DNA of 64,000 bases from Convolutriloba macropyga. Lineage: Eukaryota. Made by a program: the position numbers and the translations under genes. Within the stretch, counting starts at the first letter, position 1. The number at the start of each line of letters is the position of its first letter. Under the pieces are notes generated by a model. That model saw only the letters and a program-made list of their open reading frames with translations. It was not told where the DNA came from and searched no databases. Location of the stretch: positions 52,204,001-52,268,000 of the forward strand of contig NC_134476.1 of NCBI RefSeq assembly GCF_964194025.1, in the 5' to 3' direction. Positions 24,948 to 36,869 of this stretch are shown here, piece after piece.

Positions 24948-27900
24948 GTTATACTTTTTTTAAATCTGTAAAGTGTAAGATCAAAATTTTATAACCATAA
25001 CAAAAGTTTGGTTAAACATTTACATCTAACAACCACCTTAAAAGCATATGAAAAGTTTGGTCCTCAAAATACTAGTAAAAATAATTTCTAAAACCTTGTA
25101 CTTGTCTATCTATTGGAACTGGTTCTTGTAATTTGATCATTTCTCTCGCTATTTTCTCCTTAAACTTATTTATTTTTTCCGGATTTCTATTAGCAAGTTG
25201 TTCCACATTATCTTTCTCGTAAAATTTCTGACTATTGATCGGTCACTCGATGTAGATTGACCCATATTTTTCGGAAAAAAAACTGGACAGTTGGGGAATT
25301 TTCTCTCATCTCATATTTTCCCAAAATTTTGAAAGACATTTTTTTGGATGTTTGAGTGCTTTCCTTGTAACGCTTAATTAAATCAAAAGCTTAAAGAAAA
25401 GTTTTTTATTGAAAAGCTCTGAAGGTAAAAATTAATCTCCTATTAGACGATCGGTTGCGCTGTCACATTTTACGCATATGGAAAACCTTTGTTCCCCAAT
25501 TTATTTGTATGATAATTCTCAGAAGTGATGAGGCTGACAGAGATTGGAGAAAAGTTGCACTGAAATTGAAATGTGACTGACAAGTAATTTAAAAAGTACA
25601 ATTCGTGCTTTTAATGGTATTAGATGTCTCACCAAGTAGATTGATCTAATAGCAGTCGCCATTTTTATAAAGATTTTGTTTAGTTGTGAGTCAAATTTCA
25701 ATTTATTGCCAATCAACAAGCCCAGATAACGACAAATGACCTCCGGTTTTATGATTCTTCCATTATAATAAAATTCCTCGGAATGCGGCTGATCTTTTTA
25801 GAAAAACAAGTATTTTGGTTTCATCTCTTCAATGTTAACATATTCTGTTTTATATACTTATCAGTTTTTTGAAAACTACTACAGGTTTTTGTATGAAGGC
25901 CTTGATTTCTTTGGAGAGCGATATTATACATGTATCTTCTGCGAATTGTTCAAGTACGAGCAGCCAATTGCTAGAGCGATGATGAAGAATGAAAAGACAA
26001 AATCAGCAGCAGTTGATAGTGAAAGAATCACACTTGTTTTAAGAATTTTTTCACTGAAAGTGTCTAAGATGTGGAACAAAAGTCCGAAGCAAGTTGCCGG
26101 TATTAAAAATGTAGAGATTTTTAACACAACTATGGTCGTTAAATAAGTTAATGTTGAAAATTCAAGAGACCCAAAAACGTGTGAGCAGGAAATCTAGTTA
26201 CAGGATAAAATGGCTTCTTTTCCACATAATTTCGGAAAGTCAATAAAAAATATTGCCGACATCCAATCTGAAGAACAAAATGTATCTGCACAAAAGCAAG
26301 CGAGCTACGCTGCAGCCGTTAAAAATACGGCCAAGTCAAACGCAACCATGGGTATAAGGATCCGCGGTATTCGAGAGCTGTCAGAGCACAGTGGTAATCA
26401 TGAAACTTAGGAAATATGGTAACTTGGTAATTATTCATCCAAAATAATACGAAGTACAATTCTGATCGACGTGGAAAATCCCCTTAAGAAGGAATTCTTT
26501 CTCAAATCGGCATTTAGATTTAATGACTATAAAGTTGAAATGACAAATTTAATGTCAAAATACACTGACCTTGAGTCAGCGAGATAGACTAGCAAATTGC
26601 TGTAGCTAAAATACGATGAGTCTTACTGTTGCTAAAACGAAAGTACATAGCATCAAGGGAAATAGGAACGCAAACTTAGAGGACACTGAGCTAAAAAGGG
26701 GGTGAGTTTCAAGGGGATCTTGCCTTAATGTTAAAAATTAATCTAACATCGAAGGAAAATTGGATACTAAAAATCAAAAGCAGTGAAGTTACTTAAAATT
26801 AAGAGAATTATATCTCAACACTGCGGCTGGAGAACATAGCTTAATGCATATAATGGTACCTCGTGCCCATTCAAGATTATTGCTCAGCTGCTTGGATGCC
26901 GAACAAAGGCATTATGCAAACTATTGAAGTTTTTTAAAAGACAGTGACACGATTGATGCTAACCGACACCTCAAGCTACTATGACCTTTATAATTTTGGT
27001 CGTTTGAAAATTTTGGCTAACTTATTTGTAAGTAGAAAGGCACAACATGTCCACATGTTTGTCACGTTTGAGGGGACATCATGGTTTTTGAAACCCGAGT
27101 TCACAGAAAATATAGAAAATGTACGAACACGTCAATTCTCGCTAGGATAGATAAAATCTAGCAAAAATTGCTTATCCCGCACTGATGACAGTTTCCTCAG
27201 AATCAAATTTCTCTGTAAGAAAGTCACAATATTTTTCAAAATATTGGGCCCGATTTGAACAAAAAATACATTAGCAACATCTACTGGACGTTTTTCTTCG
27301 GAAACTTCAATGAAAGAAAAAATGTACGCGGATACATTGTAGGTGTGTTCATGGCAATAATTTCTCAAGACAACTGTAAATTGGACCGCAAGTTGTGTGT
27401 TGCTAAACCCAAGGCTTAGACATAATTTTCTTTCTAATAATACTACACAAATTTGATCAATTTTGCTTCATAAAAAGTTTCAAACGCGAATCTATGAGAT
27501 GTGACAACATTAGAAGAGCTGATCATCGACAACTCTCGCAACTCACGACATCCTCACATGTTTGTCCCTTTTGGGGGTACTTGCCACTGTCTGGTTAATT
27601 GTAGCGAAATTGTCAATCCCTCCCTTACCTTTCTCAATCTTCCAGAAAGTTGCTGCATGGAATAGAGAACGTTTTTCACAACTCGACGCATCAACAGCAC
27701 AAAAGGAAAACGATCAGAAGCAGAAGTGACGACCTGATTAAAACTGAAAATTACGTACTTGTTAGCGTCTCATTTTGTCCATTACTCTGGTTAACGAACT
27801 GAAATAAACACTTCATTTTGTTCTACTTTTTTCATTAAATGCAGCATTATGTTCCTACATAAGTCGTCTGGTAATCGCGTCATCATCTCTTTTTTGCGAC

Positions 27901-30900
27901 AACGAAAGAATCCTCTGTTTACTACATTTGTAAGTATTCGGCTTGCAATAATTTCGGTTCTGAAAATTTATTTACAACCATGAGCTTCTTTTGGCATATG
28001 ACGCTTCCACTGCGATTTGTGGAACTTCCTGAATATGCCTATAACTAAGCCACTCACATCTTGGATGATTTTATTTTCGAGTCCAGATTAAAAATTTTTT
28101 CAAGTCAAGACAGTTTTAATTAAATTTACTGATTTTCCTTTGGGGCTTTGCTTTTTTTAGTTATACTTTAAATCTGTAAAATGTAAGCTCAAATTTTTGT
28201 AACCATAACAAAAGTTTGGTTAAACATTTACATTTAACAAACACTTTAAAAGCATATGAAATTTTTGGTCCTCAAAATACTAGTAGAAATAATTTCTAAA
28301 ACCTTGTACTTGTCTATCTATTGGAACTGGTTCTTGTAATTTGATCATTTCTCTCGTTATTTTCTTAAACCTATTTATTTCTTTCCTGATTTCTATTAGC
28401 AAGTTGTTCCACTTTATTAACTTTCTCGTTAAATTTCTGACTATTGATTGGTCACTCGATGTAGGTTGACACATGTTTTTCGGAAAAAAAACTGGACAGT
28501 TGGGGAATTTTCTCATCTCATATTTTCCCAAAATTTTGAAAGACATTTTTTTGGATATTTGAGTGCTTTCCTTATAACGCTTAATTAAATGAAAAACTAA
28601 AAGAAAAGTTTTTTTAATTGAAAAGCTCTGAAGGAAAAAATTAATTTCTTATTAGACGATTGCTTGCGCTGTCACATTTTACGCATATGGAAAACCTTTG
28701 TTCCCCAGTTTATTTGTGTGTTTATTCTCAGAAATGATGGGGCTGACAGAGATTGGAGAAAATCTGCACTGAAATTGAAATGTAACTGACAAATGATTTT
28801 AAAAGAACAATATGTGCTTTTAACGGTATTAGATGTCTCACTAAGAGATTGATCTAATAGCAGTCGCCATTTTCATCAAGATTTTGTTTAGTTGAGTCAA
28901 ATTTCAATTTATTGTCAATCAATCAGCCCATATAACGACAAATGGCCTCCGGTTTTATGATCCTTCCATTATAATAAAATTCCTCGGACTGCGGCTGATC
29001 TTTTCAGAAAAACAAGTATTTTGGTTTCATCTCTTCAATGTTAACATATTCTGTTTCATATACTTATCAGTTTTTTGAAAACTTCTACTGGTTTTTGTAT
29101 GAAGGCCTTGATTTCTTTGGAGTGCGATATTATACATGTATCTTCTGCGAATTGTTCAAGAACGAGCAGCAAATTGCTAGAGCGATGTTGAATATTGAAT
29201 AGACAAAATCAGCATCAGTTGATAGTCATAGAATCACACTTGTTTTAAGAATTTTTTCACTAAAAGTGTCTAAGATGTGGAACAAACGTCCGAAGCAAGT
29301 TGTCGGTAACAAAAATGTAGATTTTTAACACAACTATGGTCGTTAAATAAGTTAATGTTGAAAATTCAAGAGACCGAAAAACGTGTGAGCAGGAGATCTA
29401 GTTACAGGATAAAATGGCGTCTTTACATAATTTCGGAAAGTCAACAAAAAATATTGCCGACATCCAATCTGAAGAACAAAATGTATCTGCACAAAAGCAA
29501 GCAAGCTACGCTGGAGCCGTTAAAAATACGGCCAAGTCAAACGCAACCATGGGTATAAGGATCCGCGGTATTCGAGAGCTGTCAGAGCACAGTGGTAATC
29601 ATGAAACTTGGGAAATATGGTAACTTGTTAATTATTCATCCAAAATAATATCAAGTACAATTCTGATCGACGTGGAAAATCCCCTTAAGAAGGAATTCTT
29701 TCTCAAATCAGCATATAGATTTAATGACTATAAAGTTGAAATGACAAATTTAATGACAAACTACACTGACCTTGAGTCAGCGAGATAGACTAGCAAATTG
29801 CTCTAGCTAAAATACGATGAGTCTTACTGTTGGTAAAACGAAACTACATCACATCAAGGGAAATAGGAACACAAACTTAGAGGACACTGAGCTAAAAAGG
29901 GGGTGAGTTTCAAGGGGATCTTGCCTTAATGTTAAAAATTATATCTCAACACTGCGGCTGGAGAACATAGTTTAATGCATATAATGGTACCTCGTGCCCA
30001 TTCAAGCTTATTGCTCAGCTGCTTGGATGTCGAACAAAGGCATTATGCAAACTATTGAAGTTTTTTAAAAGACAGTGACACGATTGATGCTAACCGACAC
30101 CTCAAGCTACTATGACCATCTTATAATTTTGGTTGTTTGAAAATTTTTGCTAACTTATTTGTTAGTAGAAAGGCACAACATGTCCACATGTTTGTCACGT
30201 TTGAGGGGACATCATGGTTTTTGAAACCCGAGTTAACAGAAATCATAGAAAATGTACGAACACGTCAATTCTCGCTAGGATAGATAAAATCTAGCAAAAA
30301 TCGCTTATCCCGCACTGATGACAATCCCGCATAAATGACTGAGTCACAAAATTTTTTTCAAAATATTGGGCCCGATTTGAACAAAAAATACATTAGCAAC
30401 ATCTACTGGACGTTTTTCTTCGGAAACTTCAATGAAAGAACAAATGTACGCGGATACATTGTAGGTGTGTTCATGGCAATAATTTCTCAAGACAACTGTA
30501 AATTGGACTGCAAGTTGTGTGTTGCTAAACCCGCTTAGACATAAATTTCTTTCTAATAATACTACACAAATTTGATCAATTTTGCTTCATAAAAAGTTTC
30601 AAACGCGAATTTATGAGGTGTGACAACATTAGAAGAGCTGATCATCGACAACTCTCGCAACTCACGACATCCTCACATGTTTGTCCCTTTTGGGGGTACT
30701 TGCCACTGTCTGGGTAATTGTAGCGAAATTGTCAATCCCGCCGTTACCTTTCTCAATCTTCCAGAGAGTTGCTGCATCGAATAGAGAACGTTTTTCACAA
30801 CTCAACGAATCAACAGCACAAAAGGAAAGCGATCAGAAACAGAAGTGACGACCTGATTAAAACTGAAAAATACGTACTTGTTAGTGTTTCATTTTGTACA

Positions 30901-31288
30901 TTACTCTGGTTGACGAACTGAAATAAGCACTCAATTAACTGGATCATTTTGTTCACTACTTTTTTTTCATTAAATGCAGCATTGTTACTACACAAGTCGT
31001 CTGGTAATGGCGTCATCATCTCTCTTTTGCGACAACGAAAGAATCCTCTGTTTACTACATTTGTAAGTATGAGGCTTGCAATAATTTCGGTCTGAAAAAT
31101 TATTTACAGCCATGAGCTTCTTTTGGCATATGACGCTTCCTCTGTGATCTTTCGAACTTCTTGAATATGCCTACAACTAAACTACTCACATCTTAGATGA
31201 ATTTATTTTCGAGTCCAGATTACAAATTTTTCAAGTCAAGACAGATGTTTTAATTAAATTTACCGATTTTCCTTGGGGGCTTTGCCTC
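24948..31288. repeat. Tandem duplication of a ~3.2-kb composite unit (copy 1 ~24948-28155, copy 2 ~28160-31288)
   Basis: Collinear high-identity copies starting GTTATACTTT.AAATCTGTAAA and ending GATTTTCCTT.GGGGCTTTGC; the unit holds a minus-strand CR1 ORF2 end (LLIGNKLKFDSQL) and a plus-strand ORF1 piece (SYAAAVK...GIRIRGIRE). Confidence 0.95.
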
Positions 31289-31847
31289 TTACTGTCTGGG
31301 TAATTGTAGTGAAATGTTCAATCGCGCCGTTATCTTTCTCAATCTTTGCGTAAAATTGTTGAAACAACAATAGCGAAAATTTTATCAAAGAGATTTTTCT
31401 TTAGTGTTTTGATCGTATTGTGCTTTTTGATCTTTTTCATCGTATTGATCGTATTGTGCTTTTTGATCTTTTCATCAAAATCAAACTACTACCAATCGTA
31501 TCAAATTTGTGTACCGACCATTTCTATTGGCTGAAAATTTAAATTTAGACATTTTGGTTCTTTTCCCCAGACTACCTATCTGAAATGCATCTGACTCATT
31601 TTTCGATAAGCTCGAAAAATTCAAAAGCAAACTCACCTATATGAATGAAAACAGGTGAATACCTCTGATTTCTTAATACTTCTCTGAATACGTTCAAGTA
31701 GCAGAACTAGTCAAACTTGTTGTAAAGCGGTCCAACTTGAAACAATTGAAAGCCAAGGAGTATCTCAGATCCTCATAGCTAACTAGACCACGGAAGAGAG
31801 ACAGGAATAGATATTCTCGTGGCCTTTGTAGCGTTAACCGCTGGCGC

Positions 31848-32845
31848 GCGCGTGTGTGTGTGGTTTAGGCGCCCAGAGTTCGTCTGGCGAGCGCCACTGC
31901 GCCGTCGGGTGCCTCAGTCAGCAATTCCAGTCTGGTTTGGCATGTGCCAAAAATTTCAAGTCGGTCTTTGGCCGTGGCTGGGCAATCCAGCCAGTGTTCG
32001 AGGGTCTGAGGCTCTGATGTGCACAAGGGACACGTTGGGTCGACCGTGGGGTCCAACAGATTGGCATATGCCTTCAGTAGTTTGCAGTGTCCGCTGCGGA
32101 GCTGTGCTAGTAGGACAGCGTCCTCTTTGCTCGTGATCTTTTTGGCTTCTGCCTTGAAGTTGTAGTCTTTGTAGGTGAGTTTGGCACGATGGTGGCAGGG
32201 CTCGGGGTCCTTGAAAGTTCTTCTGATGCAGCTCAATGCGGCTCGAAGGGACGTCGGTTCGGCTTCTGAGATAGTCGTAACAGCTGCCTTTTTGGACGCG
32301 GAGTCTGCTAGTTCATTCCCTGCGACATCTGAATGCCCTGGTATCCATTGGATGATGACTTTGAAGTGGTGGCTGTCCAGGCAGGAACGAATTCCAGCTG
32401 TGCTATTGTTTCTTTTCCAGAGAGCAGTGCAGAGTGATTGACTGCAGAGTGATTGACTGCAGTGCAGAGTGATTGACTACTCTCAGCTCTCCCCGACGAA
32501 CTGGAGAAACAAAACTGCCAACAACCTGACAAAGAAAAACCGCAATTGGAAGGATGCAATGCCTCAAACTGGACAGTCGCGGACACCATAGCTGGGGCCC
32601 GAACCAAATGTCCGAAAGAAACGACGCTAGATGTCCTTAGGAACCTTAAGGGAGACATCTATTTATACACTGATGGTTCTGCATCACATGGTAACGAAAA
32701 TGGAGGGTACGCAGTTGTTGTAGCCAAAGGCGACCAGGCCAGCCCCGATGTCATTGCCAAACTACGAAAGAGAGGCCGAGTCATCACGTCATCATTTGAC
32801 GAAGAGAAGGCGGCAATGCTGACAGCAGTCTCCTGGCTAACGTGC
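31848..32845 (-). mobile_element. 5'-truncated RNase H-containing non-LTR retrotransposon (I group) with inverted 5' segment
   Basis: Minus part: SQSLCTA, QWIPGHSDVAGNELAD, LAQLRSGH...CPLC...TLEHWLDC and (CA)n tail; plus part 32490-32845: YTDGS...EEKAAML; exact 12-bp TSD AACCGCTGGCGC at 31836-31847 and 32846-32857. Confidence 0.92.
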
Positions 32846-34058
32846 AACCGCTGGCGCTGGAATTGCCTGCCCTGTGGGAAGTAATTTTGGAAGCTGCAGA
32901 GAAGCTAGTCAAAACATCGAAGATCCATAAAATTTCTTTTTAGTGGTTGCACTTCCAAAAGATGTACGATCAAATGGAAAACAGATAATTAAAATTTAAG
33001 AAAACAAAGAAGGAAACTAAAATTTATTGAATTCTAAATGATGCTTCTAGTTATGGACTCCATTTGTTACAGCTTAATGGCTGGTTCTCAATGTTTCTGA
33101 ACCAGGGATTAAAAACTCAAACTTCAGGTTAATTTGGCATGTTTTTGGCTAGCTATTTGTGGCTTGCCATGAAATAACGGGCAACCGAATTAAAACCTAA
33201 GATTTTTTGCTTTCATGACATTTTTGGAAAGTATACTGAAGAACAGCATTGGTCATCAATTGCAATCAAATGACTGGCTGAAACTTGCTACCCCTCTAGC
33301 ACAAATGGTACTGTATCATGAAATTAATTTGAGCTGTATCTCTACGCAAAAATGAGATATCTTGATTGACTAAACCTACTGCAGCTGGATCAACAGCCTT
33401 TTAAACTTGTTTCGGGCAATTACTATCCCGATGCGCACGAACGGCAGAGATGGCTACACGTTGCATTTTGAAACAGATTTCGATTTTATATAGCTGTCGA
33501 AGAAACACCAAGGATTGCACTTTTTCACCACAAAATTGATCTATGCATTTGGAAGCACTCTTTGGTGGCAGTCTTTTTGCGCCTCTGCACGTGTTGTCAA
33601 ATCAACAACGTCACTTTGCCGGTAAAAGAGCATGTGGGTTAACATCTCAGCTCATTTTGAAGACTTGACGATTGCAAAGAGTACGTTAATAAATAGCACG
33701 TGGAATCAAAATAAGAGCTGTTCAATGGAATTTTTGCGTGTGTGGTGTGTCTGTAGAAACTGTGATACTGGATCAATGAAAGGATATGACGACCCCAACA
33801 GTGGAGAACTTGAAATGTATAAGCACTAGCTTAAGCATTAGATTTACGCATATCAACATGAAAAATAATCAATTTCTTGGTCTGAATCACATTCGTGGTA
33901 CCGAGTTGTCAAAATTTTTATTTCCTCAACCAACATAGAAATACAAATTAACAAAATTGATAATGGACCTTAAACAAATCAAAGTTAAACTAAAATTTTG
34001 AGTGCTGTCTACCGTTTCCATCATACTGAACTGAACAGTGAATTCAGGGAAAAGTGGT

Positions 34059-34061
<3 letters not shown>

Positions 34062-34102
<41 letters not shown>
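34062..34102. repeat. (GA)n microsatellite
   Basis: About 20 AG units. Confidence 0.95.
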
Positions 34103-34105
<3 letters not shown>

Positions 34106-34796
34106 TTGGGCCAGTAGTTCCAAATTAATGAAGCGCTTCAATTAGCTCACAAATGGTTTAACGTTATGAAAAAATCACAGCACGCCTTCTTATGCGGTTG
34201 TATTTATTAACACTTAAATAAATGTTCGCCTTATAATGAGATAATTAATTTTTAGGGCCGCTGTGCCATGATGTTTTTGGAGACTATTCGAATGTGCCTT
34301 TTCACAAGACTTTCGTCATAGGATGTTGGTTTATTGCAAAATTCAAATCTTGTAATTTTGTAAAATAGATCGTTTGATGACTAAACTGATCGGCCAAAAT
34401 TGTAAAATGGAATAATTTGGTTCTGATAAAAAAGGTACCTGGATAAATTAATTGATTTAAAGAGAAAAAGTTGCCTAGATTGGTGGATTATTAATTATGT
34501 TGTTAATTGCTCTCAAACGAAGTTTGTAGCAATTATATTAGTCCTGTCGGTTTTTTTAAATGCGATTTTTCGTCTGACGCTTTTGACTTTTCGTCCTCAA
34601 AAACGGGATAAATAGGTAGCGCGTAGCGGGCATTAAGTGCTCTTAGAGCCTTTCAGCTCTGTTTCAGCTCAAAGTGTTCGGAGACTTATACTTATGGTGT
34701 GAAGGGCGGTTCTTAGAGGTTGAAGACACCCCCACTGTTGCCCACCGCCTCCCGTGGCTACTGACGAACAACCGATCGCAATTTCATACTAATTTT

Positions 34797-35326
34797 TAAT
34801 AGCCGCCCTCATCTTCTCAGCCGGCTATTATAGCGCTCCTTTTTTTTACTTCGTCGAATAAAAAAATGTTTCGCTTTACCTCATTTTGCCGCCTTTTCAA
34901 CATTTTGCGTGATATCTTTTTGACTTCTCTAGGCTAGTTTCTCTCTTCTCTCATTCTGCTAAAAGTGATTTTGAACATCAGTTGCTCAGCAAAGCAATTC
35001 AAAATGAACAGAGTTAGTACAAAAATGGATGTCAGAAATAGAAACGGGATAAACCCATAAAGCCCAATTTTAGATGCCCGCTATTTGAACGTCGTTTCTA
35101 TAAGTCTTATATACCATCTCTAATGCTTATTGTTATTGATAGTAGCCCCTGTAGCCTCTCTCTAAGAAATAGAAGTATGTTAAACTACGAAATGCCATCA
35201 AAATAAATCGGACTTAGAAAAATGTCTTTGTACAAAAAACTTTTTTCAATATCTGTTATTTCAATCCCAATCATGCTTATTGGAATCAACGGCGGCTATT
35301 TTCCGGCAATCTGCCGGGTATGTTTT
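34797..35326 (+). mobile_element. Helentron-associated non-autonomous element (HINE/DINE-1-like), family A copy 1
   Basis: 5' subTIR AATAGCCGC with nearby IR GGCTATTA; 3' subTIR GCGGCTATT, then hairpin CCGGCA-ATC-TGCCGG and a T-run; T-rich flanks without TSD. Confidence 0.75.
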
Positions 35327-35334
35327 CATTTTTT

Positions 35335-35960
35335 CAAGTTTTTTAAAAAATTTTGTCATTTTATTTTAGTTTTTCAGCCCTAAGTATCAAGGAACCTCCT
35401 CTAGGGTTTTTAAAAGGTAATTGCATAGTTTCTAGTGGTTTCAACATTTAAACATCACGAATTTCAGCGTTTTTTTTACAAAACGTGCTATTTCAATTTT
35501 TTTGACATTTTTTTCATTATTCACGTCTTTCGCAGGGGCCAAAAAACGTCCTTAAGAGTTTGATAATAAGTTACTGAGAAAATTTGATTTGCCATCGAAT
35601 AGCCTTCAGTTTTTTTAATTTGACAAATATTTGCAATTTTTTTTGATAAAACTTTTTCAAGTTTTTTCAAGTTTTTGAAAATTGTTGTCGTTTTTAAGGT
35701 TTCTCCAGCCTCAAGAGCCGAGGAGCCTCCTCTAGGGTTTGATTATAGGTTACTGCATAGCTTCTAGATGTAATAGAATGTTTTTCAAGATTTAATCAGC
35801 AATTTTAAAAAAATTGTAATTTTTTCAATTTTTTAAAAATCTTTTCGATGTTTTATCGTTTTTGCGGCACCGGGGTCCTAGGGACCTCATCAGGTTTGAT
35901 AATAAACTGCTGCATAGTTTCTAGCGTAACCGAAATGGTTATCAATATTTTAAGGACTCC
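35335..35960. repeat. Degenerate tandem repeat, ~165-bp period, ~4 units
   Basis: Variants of CCTCCTCTAGGGTTT...TGCATAG.TTCTAG at ~35395, 35550, 35725 and 35885. Confidence 0.65.
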
Positions 35961-36869
35961 AGCTTGTGGATCTTTATGAGCCAGTGAAACTACTTAAAGC
36001 TTGAAATAGGTAAACTGGATAGTCTCTTGAGACTGAAATGGTTTTGAAGATTTTTTATATCTTGAATTTGTGCAATATTTTGTAAAAATTTGCAGTTTCA
36101 AAATTTTTGAATATTTTTGTCCTTTTCTGAGTTTAACGATAATTACTGGCCAACGAAGCTTTTCAAGTCCTGCAGATAGGTTACTTAACACAACTCCAAA
36201 AAGAAAAAATAGTTTTTAATATTTTCACTGCGAAATCTGGAAGCTTTTCTTTTAAATTTTGCAATATTTTAAAAAAAATTCTTGCAAATTTTTAAAATAT
36301 CAGGTTTTTTATTTGTTTACTAATAAAGCTAGAAAACTAAAACTGCAGAGTCGAATCAAGCTAAAGCTAGCCTCACTAAACCGTGGCTAGCTACAGACGA
36401 AGCCAACCTCTCGCGGGTGGGTCGTTTGAGAGCAATTCGTCCGACGTTAGTCGGTTATGTTTCATTTTGTAGAAGTGGTAGACCACACAACAACTAATAC
36501 ATTTTGAGTTACCTGAAACAGATAATTAGTGTTTTGAATAAATTGTTTTTTATATGATTAACGATCGTAGAATATCGGACTTTCCGTGTTTTCAGTACAA
36601 AAATGTCTCTAAGTATTTCAATTGAAAAATTTTAATGAATTCAAATGGTTTTTGATTGTTAATTTTGATAAACTCTGTGTACTGCCTTACTTTATTCTTG
36701 GTTAATGCTGACCTCTCGTTTGAAACCCAAGAGAATTCTAGTTTTAGCGAAAAAATTTTCCATTGGAATATAAGTTCTTGGACCCCATGGGACAAGGGCA
36801 ACAGTACACTCAAAGGATCTACACTTGCTAACCTGGCCACCATGCTACAGTATTAACCAAAAAAAAACA

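Noticed and set aside
36656-36856. Short ORF with a hydrophobic, signal-peptide-like start inside the PRPF6 intron
   Set aside because: Non-ATG start, no recognisable domain, and it abuts a decayed CRE-like element.
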